From: Candidatus Binatia bacterium
Lineage (GTDB): Bacteria > Desulfobacterota > Binatia > HRBIN30 > BPIQ01
Direction of reading: 5' to 3'
NCBI GenBank assembly: GCA_026004195.1
Contig: BPIQ01000001.1
Location: 461,871 to 525,870, forward strand
DNA: 64,000 bases
In this document: one piece after another, positions 57,457-64,000 of the stretch
How positions within the stretch are numbered: the stretch's first letter is position 1
Layout of the letters: every line of letters begins with the position of its first letter
Program-made: the position numbers and the translations under genes
Notes under the pieces: generated by a model
Seen by the model: only the letters and a program-made list of their open reading frames with translations
Databases searched by the model: none
Told to the model about the DNA's origin: nothing

Positions 57457-58185
57457 TCAGAGCAGGACTTCGAGGAAGGCGGGAATGTACGTCCGCTTGC
57501 GGTTCAACACGGCTCCGAGAAGCCTCGCCCCCACTCTTTCCAGCTGGCGCTTGGCCGCGTCGGCTTCCGCGACCGGTGTCCGGTCGGCCTCCACGACCAG
57601 AATGACGCCGTCCGCCTTGGGCGCCAGGAGGGAAGTGTCCGCGTAGAGGTTCACCGGAGCGCCGTCGATCACGACGAAATCGAACCGCCCCCGCAACTTC
57701 CCCACCAGATCCCCGAGCACTTCCAGGTCGTCCGGCCGCGGAGCCGCCTCCAGGCTCCCACCCACGGGCAGGACGGAGAATCCCAGTCCCTCGACTCGCA
57801 CGGTGGCCCTTTCCTCGTCCCCGTCGCCGGCGAGCAAACGGGCGAAGCCACAGTCCGGCGGCAGCGCCAGCGTGCGATGCAGGGCGGGAGTCCGAAGGTT
57901 GGCCTCGACGAGCAGCACGCGCGAGTCCTTCTCTTTTCCCAGGGCCCGCGCGAGTCCGAGCGAAACGGTGGTCGCGCCCTCTCCGTGGCCCGGGCTCGTC
58001 ACGAGGATGGTCCGCACGCCCGTGAGTCCCGCCGCCGTCAGCAGATTCGCCCGCAGCTTCCGGTATTCTTCCTCGACCGCGGGAAGTTTCGGCGGCGACG
58101 CCGGCGAGATCCGAGGGAGCGCGGGGGATCGGCTCTGTTCCCGCTCCTGCTCGGCCTTTTTCAGCGCCTCGTAAATCTTGCTCAC
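57457..58185 (-). CDS. BY-kinase-type P-loop ATPase (exosortase-locus EpsG-like tyrosine autokinase)
   Basis: Characteristic N-terminus MSKIYEALKKAEQER; Walker A-like VTSPGHGEGATTVSLGLA; Walker B …FDFVVIDGAPV…. Confidence 0.75.
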   Translation of the reverse strand: MSKIYEALKKAEQEREQSRSPALPRISPASPPKLPAVEEEYRKLRANLLTAAGLTGVRTILVTSPGHGEGATTVSLGLARALGKEKDSRVLLVEANLRTPALHRTLALPPDCGFARLLAGDGDEERATVRVEGLGFSVLPVGGSLEAAPRPDDLEVLGDLVGKLRGRFDFVVIDGAPVNLYADTSLLAPKADGVILVVEADRTPVAEADAAKRQLERVGARLLGAVLNRKRTYIPAFLEVLL

Positions 58186-58199
58186 GGAGTCCGCCTTTC

Positions 58200-59762
58200 T
58201 CAGGCCTCGCCCACCTCGGGGAGCGAACCGAGCGCGGGGAGCCCGAGAAACCGTTCCACGTCGCGTTCGCTACGGATCGTCCGCCCGAAGTACTCCACGC
58301 CGAACGTCCCCGCAGCCGCCACCACCAGCCCCGAAAGCAGCGCCACCAGCGTCGATGCCTGCCGCCGTCCGGTCCTCGGAAGCGGCAGCGCGGGCCGCTG
58401 CACGACCTCGACGTTCACCATCTTTTCCTGGTCCATCGCCTCGGAAACCCGGGCCTCTTCCTCCCGCTTGATGTAAAGTTCGTACGTGTTCCGCCAGTTC
58501 CTGACCTCCTGCAGCAGGCGGTCGTACTCGAGGCTCTTCGCTTTCAGGCGAACGAGCTGTCGGTTCAGCCGGCTCAACTGCTCTTCCAGGGATGCCCGCC
58601 GAGCCCTCGCCTCCTGAAGTTTTCCTTGAAGTTCGAGGAGCTCCCGCACCCGGTCGTCCCGGACGGGATTGCGCCGCAAAATCTGCCGGCCGGGTACCGT
58701 GGGCTTTTTCGCGAGTTCCTGCTCGAGCTCGTTTCCGAGGTCGCGAATTTCCGCCGTCGCGTCGCGCACGTGTCGTTCCTTCTCCGTGTACTTCCGCAAG
58801 AGAGCGATACGGTCGGCCTTCCGAACGGCCAGCTGCTCGGTCAACGCCTCGACGACCGGGTTGACCTCCACGTACTCGTACCACTTGACATCCGGCGGTT
58901 CCGAGGCCACCTGCCGCTCGGTCGTGCGGAGCCGTTCCTCGAGACCGCTGATGGCCGCGCGGACCTCGCGGAGCTCTTGCTCGGTTTTCGAAATGGAAAG
59001 GACGGCGGCCTGGATCTCCGCCTCCGGGTCGACGATGCCCTCGCGGACGGAAAACTCGCGCAGGGCCCTTTCGGCTCGAGCCAGGCTGTCTTGCAGGCTG
59101 CGCCGCTGCTCTTCGTAGAAGCGGGCGAGGCCTTTCGCACCGTGGACGAGCGCGTGGTAGGCCAGATACTCGTCGACGACGCGATTGACGACCAGCGCCG
59201 CCTGCCTCGCCTTGGGGTGATAGTAGTCGATCTGGATGACGTTCGAGTTGCGGATCGGCGTCACCTGCAGGCTGTCGGCGAGCCGCAGCACCTGCCGGCC
59301 GAGCACCCCGCGGCTTTTGTCCTGGTCTCCGCCGTTTTCCGTGCGCGCGCGAACCCGACGTACGGCACCGTTCCCGTTGAGCTTCTCGACGACCCGCTCG
59401 AGCAGTTCCCGGCTCCGGATGATGTGGACCTCGGAGTTGACGACCGATTCGTTCAGGTTGATCGTCGTAAGCCGGGTCAAATCCGTCGGCTGGATGGTGA
59501 TATCCGCCCGCTGCGTGGTGATGAGAACCTTCGCCGTCGCCACGTAGAGCGGTTCCCGCAACAGCACGAGCACGAGGCCGGGAAGCGACACCAGGAGAAA
59601 GAGCGTCAAGAAAAGCCGCCAGCGTTTGAACAGGACGTGCAGGACGTCGCGGATCTGCTCCTGGAGGGCGTAGCCGTTTCCGTTTCCGTTTCCGTTTCCG
59701 TTGGGCCGAAAGCGAGAACCGTTCGCCGGTCGCCCGTTCGTCGCGTTTCCGTTGCCTGCCAT
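58200..59762 (-). CDS. Polysaccharide chain-length determinant protein (Wzz/GumC/EpsF-like)
   Basis: N-terminal (GN)n tract, TM helix (LFLTLFLLVSLPGLVLVLL), long coiled-coil periplasmic domain, C-terminal TM (STLVALLSGLVVAAAGTFGV). Confidence 0.8.
   Translation of the reverse strand: MAGNGNATNGRPANGSRFRPNGNGNGNGNGYALQEQIRDVLHVLFKRWRLFLTLFLLVSLPGLVLVLLREPLYVATAKVLITTQRADITIQPTDLTRLTTINLNESVVNSEVHIIRSRELLERVVEKLNGNGAVRRVRARTENGGDQDKSRGVLGRQVLRLADSLQVTPIRNSNVIQIDYYHPKARQAALVVNRVVDEYLAYHALVHGAKGLARFYEEQRRSLQDSLARAERALREFSVREGIVDPEAEIQAAVLSISKTEQELREVRAAISGLEERLRTTERQVASEPPDVKWYEYVEVNPVVEALTEQLAVRKADRIALLRKYTEKERHVRDATAEIRDLGNELEQELAKKPTVPGRQILRRNPVRDDRVRELLELQGKLQEARARRASLEEQLSRLNRQLVRLKAKSLEYDRLLQEVRNWRNTYELYIKREEEARVSEAMDQEKMVNVEVVQRPALPLPRTGRRQASTLVALLSGLVVAAAGTFGVEYFGRTIRSERDVERFLGLPALGSLPEVGEA
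59664..59692. repeat. Tandem hexanucleotide repeat (CCGTTT)x4.8 inside the wzz-like gene, encoding an N-terminal (Asn-Gly)n tract
   Basis: CCGTTTCCGTTTCCGTTTCCGTTTCCGTT on the plus strand, which reads (AACGGA)n as NGNGNGNGNG on the minus strand. Confidence 0.8.
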
Positions 59763-59810
59763 CGTTCGTTCGAGTCGGGAACCCGGTGTCCCCCCGCAAA
59801 TTCGGAGGCT

Positions 59811-60515
59811 TCAGGGCGTGAAGCCGAACCTCGGGGGAATGGGAAGAAGGTTGCGAATATAGAGTCGCACGAAGGTGGCGGCGTCTCCGATGAACGTGCG
59901 CGGAACGTAGAGGACGTCGTTGGGACCGAGAACGACCGTTTCCGGAAGGCCCCGGTCCACCACTCCGGTGAGGTCGAGCCGCACACCGCGGTAGTCGGTT
60001 TCGTCGGCGGTCACGTAAAGGACGCTGTCGACGCGCGCCGTGTCCGTGAAGCCCCCCCGGTCGAGGATCGCCTGCAGTGGCGTGAGGCCCGGTCTGTAAG
60101 GCACGAAGCCCGGCGCCTTCACCTCGCCACCGACGTAGACCTTCTGCTGCCCCAGCATGGCCACGATGACCGTCACTTCGGGTTCACGGAGACGATCCGA
60201 AGAAAGCTCTTCGATCTCTCGCGCCAGCTCCTCGGGCGTGCGCCCGGCAGCCACGATTTCCCCCGTGGTCTCGAGCGAGATCTTTCCGTCGGGACGAACG
60301 GGCACCCGAGTGTCGTACTCCGGGTGGTAGGTGAACTTCACGCGAAGGAGATCGCCCGGCTGGAGGCGGTAGAGCCCGTCGGCCGGCCGCGCAGGGACGG
60401 AGTCAAGCGGCGGCAGGGGCTGCACTTCGGGACGGCGTGCTCCGCATGCCGTGAAAACCGCGAGTGCGAAGACCGCGCAAACGAGAAACCGGAGAGAACG
60501 ATCGAGAAAATCCAT
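59811..60515 (-). CDS. Polysaccharide export outer-membrane lipoprotein (Wza/EpsE-like, Poly_export + SLBB)
   Basis: Start at MDFLDRSLRFLVCAVFALAVFTAC (lipobox; ATG 60515); …LQPGDLLRVKF…, …RPDGKISL…. Confidence 0.75.
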   Translation of the reverse strand: MDFLDRSLRFLVCAVFALAVFTACGARRPEVQPLPPLDSVPARPADGLYRLQPGDLLRVKFTYHPEYDTRVPVRPDGKISLETTGEIVAAGRTPEELAREIEELSSDRLREPEVTVIVAMLGQQKVYVGGEVKAPGFVPYRPGLTPLQAILDRGGFTDTARVDSVLYVTADETDYRGVRLDLTGVVDRGLPETVVLGPNDVLYVPRTFIGDAATFVRLYIRNLLPIPPRFGFTP

Positions 60516-60580
60516 GGTGTTCACGGCCGGCACGCCTTGTCCGACAACGCCGCCGTCCGTGTCGACTCGCTGTCGGCCGA

Positions 60581-61801
60581 TTATCCATATGACCCCCAAA
60601 GCGCCTTTTTTTGCAACAGGTTTTTGCAGTCCTGCAACGGCGTATGCACCCCCCGGCGAAAACTCGTCACTCGGTCGTAGACGGCCTCGAAACCGGTCAG
60701 AACTTCGGACCGCAGTTGTCCGAGGGGAACCGCTTCCTCTCGGGCCGGACCTCCCGAGTCGAGCGCCACGAGAATCGCCCGGGCCAGACCCGCCGAGTCT
60801 CCGTCAAAGGAAAAAACCCGAGTGCCCGCTTTCCGCCCGACCAGGCGAGCGACGGCCCGGCTCGTCACTACGGGAAGGCCCGTCGCGAGGTAGTTCCAGA
60901 TCTTGATGGGGAAGCCGGACCACGAAGTTCGCGGACACACGAGAACGTCGGCGGCGCAGAGAGCGGACCAGACTCCTTCGAAGTTCTCCGCCACCCGAAT
61001 TTCCACGTTGGGCCTCCCGGCCACGAGCGTATCCGTCCCGAGACTCGGCGAGCCGGCATGCGTGACGATCCAGAGTTTCGTCTCGGGCCTGACACGAGCG
61101 ACGGCGTCCATGGCTCGTAGGAGAGCCGGAATGTCCTGGTACGGGTCCAGATTCCCGGCATAGACGACCAGCGGCCCCTCCGGTTCGCGGAGCTTCGGAA
61201 AGTCCCTCGCGTGGCGTCGCGGCACGGCTACGGCGGGCGGTAGAATCACGAGTTTCTCCTCGGGAACGCCGCACCGGCGCAAGAACCGCGCCATGGGTTC
61301 GGACAGGGCAACGACAGCGTCGGCGGCGGCGGGGACCCGACGGTCGAGATACCGGGCCAGCAGTCGGGCACATTTCCGTCCCGGGGCCGTGCGAAAGTAA
61401 CGGGCGAGTTCGTCGCTCATCACGTTGTGACCGTGGTAAACGACCGGGATGCCCGTCCACCGTCGTACGAGGTAGGCCAGAATCGGCGCCTCGTAGTTGT
61501 GAGCGTGGATCACGTCGATCGAGAAGACCCTGACGACGCGGAACAGTGTCGGGAGGAGGAGGAGCGTGTAGGCGACCCTCCGGAGGGAAGGCCCGTAACA
61601 TTCGGGGCGCCCGAGAAACGAGGGTGCGCGGTGGACCCACACGCGCTCGGGAGGAGTCCAGGGCTGCCCCGCGGCGTAGCACACGACGTGCACCTCGTGA
61701 CCGCGCTCCGCCAGGCCTTCGGCCAGGTCACGAACGAGGACCTGCGAGCCCCGCGGCGACGGAAACGGGGCCGCGACGACCATGGCGATCCGGTACGTCA
61801 T
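60581..61801 (-). CDS. GT4-family glycosyltransferase
   Basis: Start MTYRIAMVVAAPFPSPRGSQV (ATG 61801, ATGA overlap with the upstream stop). The 47 upstream codons of the tracked ORF are rejected. Confidence 0.85.
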   Translation of the reverse strand: MTYRIAMVVAAPFPSPRGSQVLVRDLAEGLAERGHEVHVVCYAAGQPWTPPERVWVHRAPSFLGRPECYGPSLRRVAYTLLLLPTLFRVVRVFSIDVIHAHNYEAPILAYLVRRWTGIPVVYHGHNVMSDELARYFRTAPGRKCARLLARYLDRRVPAAADAVVALSEPMARFLRRCGVPEEKLVILPPAVAVPRRHARDFPKLREPEGPLVVYAGNLDPYQDIPALLRAMDAVARVRPETKLWIVTHAGSPSLGTDTLVAGRPNVEIRVAENFEGVWSALCAADVLVCPRTSWSGFPIKIWNYLATGLPVVTSRAVARLVGRKAGTRVFSFDGDSAGLARAILVALDSGGPAREEAVPLGQLRSEVLTGFEAVYDRVTSFRRGVHTPLQDCKNLLQKKALWGSYG

Positions 61802-63444
61802 CCGAAGTAGCCGAGGGCGCGCAGCCGCGACTCGATCTCCCGCTCTTCCTCCGAAGAATACGGAGCTTCGACGCCACCCGAGTCGGGAACCGACACCGAC
61901 ACCGCCGCCTCGCCTTCGACGAGCGAAGTTCCCTCCATCCATTCCGGGGGACGAAGTCCGCAGAGGGAAAGGATGGTCGGAGCCACGTCCAGAATGGACA
62001 CGCCGCTCCTCCGTCCCGGGGCGAGGCCGGGTGCCGCAAGGGCGAACACCCCGTCCGGCCTGTGGCTACCCCCGAGTCCGAGTGCCTTTCCACCTTCGAG
62101 TTCCGGCGGAGCCAGCTCCCGGAGGCATTCCCCCGGCCGTCCGGCGCTGCGGAGGCAAAGGTAACTGTAGCCAGCCGGCTCCTCGAGTTCGAGCACGATA
62201 TCGGGGGCCCGCTCGACGGCGGGGCCCGCGTAGAGTTCCTCCCGGCGCCACGCCCGCCGGATCACGGGACGCCCCGTGGCCGGATCGGACCAGTCGTGCA
62301 AATCTTCGATCAGTTCGTCCCGCACTTTCTCGTACTCCGCCGGGTCCACCCGGCCCGAGGCGTCCCGCCCCCGAACGTTGAGCCAGATCGAGGGAAAATA
62401 ATTGAGCTCCTCGGAAAACGCTCGCGTCCGGGTCCAGTCGATTCCCGCGAACCGAGCCCGGGCTTCGAGCTCCCCGGCCAGCCTTCCACCGCCCAGCCGC
62501 ACCAGATGGGCCTGCCACCCCGCCGGTACGACGCGGGCGGCCAGAGACCTCGCCCGTCCGAAAACGTCCGCGAAGCTTTTCCCCGTAAAGGCGAGCCAGC
62601 CTCTCCGCGCGAGCCACCGGTTCAGGTAAATCCCCCGCGTTCCGCTCCCTCCGAACCCGTGGTCGGAAGCCACGAGCACCGCGCGCGGTGCCGCGACCTC
62701 GAGCAGTGTCCCGAGGGCCCTGTCGACGGCCTGGTAGACTCGCTCGATGGCCGTCCCGAGGTGTTCGGGAGTACCCGGTCGGTAGCGCGGAGAATCGGGG
62801 TCGAAAAACTGCCAGAAATGGTGGGCCACGGTGTCCGACTCACCGAGCACCAGCACGAAGCAATCCCACGACTCTTCTCGCAGAAGCCGTTCGGCGAGTC
62901 TCGTCTTCGTCTCGATGCCGCCGAGAAGGCGCGCGAGAGCTCGCTCGTACCACCCCCGGCCCACATGGAACTCCTGGAAATCGGCGTAAGGAAACCCTCC
63001 GGAAGCCAGGACGTCGTCGGCCCACTCCGGAGGGTAGACGAACGATCGTCCCGCCCGGGTCGTGACGGGGGAATCGAATCCCGAAATCATGCGCCCGTTC
63101 ACGGGCTCCGGGGGGTACGTTCCCGGCATTCCCAGAACGGCGACCCGACGGCCTGCGAGGCTCAACATGCTCCAGATCGTCGGACACCGGCGGTAGCTAC
63201 CGTTGACGAAGCGAATTCCGTACTCGGGGGTGCGTGCCGTGAAGTCGAAAATCCCGTGGCGACCGGGATTCACGCCGGTCATCAAGGTCGTCCAGTTGGG
63301 CATCGTGGCCGGCGGAAGGACCGAACGCAGCTCGCCCCAAGCCGATACCCGCAAGAGCCGGCCGAAATTCGGAAGCCGACCCTCCTCGACCCACGGTTCG
63401 AGGAGCCGGAGCGTGCCGCCGTCGAGGCCGAGAACGAAGAGCAT
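61798..63444 (-). CDS. Alkaline-phosphatase-superfamily protein (type I phosphodiesterase / nucleotide pyrophosphatase-like)
   Basis: MLFVLGLDGGTLRLLEPW…, …VLVASDHGFG…; paralog of 36379..37794. Confidence 0.7.
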   Translation of the reverse strand: MLFVLGLDGGTLRLLEPWVEEGRLPNFGRLLRVSAWGELRSVLPPATMPNWTTLMTGVNPGRHGIFDFTARTPEYGIRFVNGSYRRCPTIWSMLSLAGRRVAVLGMPGTYPPEPVNGRMISGFDSPVTTRAGRSFVYPPEWADDVLASGGFPYADFQEFHVGRGWYERALARLLGGIETKTRLAERLLREESWDCFVLVLGESDTVAHHFWQFFDPDSPRYRPGTPEHLGTAIERVYQAVDRALGTLLEVAAPRAVLVASDHGFGGSGTRGIYLNRWLARRGWLAFTGKSFADVFGRARSLAARVVPAGWQAHLVRLGGGRLAGELEARARFAGIDWTRTRAFSEELNYFPSIWLNVRGRDASGRVDPAEYEKVRDELIEDLHDWSDPATGRPVIRRAWRREELYAGPAVERAPDIVLELEEPAGYSYLCLRSAGRPGECLRELAPPELEGGKALGLGGSHRPDGVFALAAPGLAPGRRSGVSILDVAPTILSLCGLRPPEWMEGTSLVEGEAAVSVSVPDSGGVEAPYSSEEEREIESRLRALGYFG

Positions 63445-63453
63445 CGACCCTCG

Positions 63454-64000
63454 TCACCTCGAAGGGGCAACGGGCGGCGACCATCCACGTCCGGCGGCGA
63501 GCGCCAGCAGCTCTTCGACCTTTTCCGGCATGCGCGACGCCAGATTCTCGGTTTCACCGGGGTCTCGCCCGAGATGGTAGAGTTCGACTTCGTCGAGTCC
63601 CCTGGGATTGCCCGGATTGGCCAGCACGAGCTTCCACGGCCCCGCGCGCACCGCGGAAAGAACGTTGCCCTCGAGTTCCTCCTCGGCCCAGAGAAGGTCG
63701 GGCGGAGTGTAATCGCCGAAAAGGTCTTTCCCTTCGAAGTCCTCGGGAACCTCGAGGCCCGCCTGCCCGAGCAGCGTGGGGGCCACGTCCAGAAGACGCA
63801 CGGGATGGCGCACCACGCTCCCGGCGGAACGATTCCCGGGCAGCTTCACGACGAGCGGCACGTGGACCTGCTCCTCGTAGAGCGTCGTACCGTGCCACCA
63901 CCCGCGGTGTTCGTAGAACTCCTCGCCGTGATCGGACGTCAGCACGATCAGCGCGTCCCGGTAGAGCCCCTTTTTCTTCAGAACCTCGAGCACGCGGCCG
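63454..64000 (-). CDS. Sulfatase-family protein, C-terminal portion (N-terminus beyond window end)
   Basis: …ALIVLTSDHGEEFYEHRGWWHGTTLYEEQVHVPLVV… is the internal SDHG region of arylsulfatases. The frame is open to base 64000; the tracked M is an internal GTG. Confidence 0.7.
   Translation of the reverse strand, partial: GRVLEVLKKKGLYRDALIVLTSDHGEEFYEHRGWWHGTTLYEEQVHVPLVVKLPGNRSAGSVVRHPVRLLDVAPTLLGQAGLEVPEDFEGKDLFGDYTPPDLLWAEEELEGNVLSAVRAGPWKLVLANPGNPRGLDEVELYHLGRDPGETENLASRMPEKVEELLALAAGRGWSPPVAPSR

Noticed and set aside
1-64000. CRISPR arrays, insertion sequences, integrases, prophage remnants
   Set aside because: No direct-repeat/spacer periodicity, no transposase/integrase/recombinase-like ORFs, no long inverted terminal repeats. 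The repeats found are an in-frame microsatellite and an intragenic protein-level duplication.

Overview
Very GC-rich bacterial chromosomal segment, densely coding, with most genes on the minus strand in long, translationally coupled polycistrons. I found no rRNA or tRNA genes, CRISPR arrays, transposases or integrases. Almost all long plus-strand ORFs in the supplied track are R/G/P-rich antisense shadow frames of minus-strand genes.

Gene content, left to right:
- 1-3625: a Tat-exported NarG-like type II molybdoenzyme catalytic subunit (runs off the window edge), preceded by a diheme cytochrome c / EB_dh-domain fusion.
- 3699-7212: a neutral-lipid operon encoding acyl-CoA dehydrogenase, a DGAT2-like acyltransferase and a WS/DGAT.
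- 7335-11533, plus strand: a PIG-L/LmbE deacetylase, 2-oxoacid dehydrogenase E1 alpha and E1 beta, and an unusual E2 replacement built from a lipoyl domain, a peripheral-subunit-binding domain and a hexapeptide-repeat (LbH) acyltransferase. I consider this operon the best candidate for an undescribed system.
- 11507-13458: a convergent LLM oxidoreductase and an alpha/beta hydrolase.
- 13542-21625: dGTPase-like protein, a TPR protein, a BFN nuclease, a MoxR/VWA pair, an NRDE protein, PdxH, a secreted coiled-coil protein and YqeY.
- 21639-33195: an FG-GAP protein with a dockerin-like tail, lepA-lepB, UDP-xylose synthase, UDP-glucose dehydrogenase, a PfkB kinase, MTAP, rlmN, ndk and a sucD with no sucC.
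- 33247-63444: a ~30 kb exosortase-type (EpsE/F/G-like) polysaccharide biosynthesis and export locus of about 25 genes. It contains a carbamoyltransferase / SGNH / DUF5989-like module, a phosphoglycosyl transferase with permuted domain order, four GT4 and one GT2 glycosyltransferases, three epimerases, two alkaline-phosphatase-family paralogs and, at the window edge, a sulfatase.

Three genes (FG-GAP, PfkB, SGNH) carry frameshifts at G/C homopolymers. This pattern suggests homopolymer indel errors in the assembly rather than true pseudogenes.
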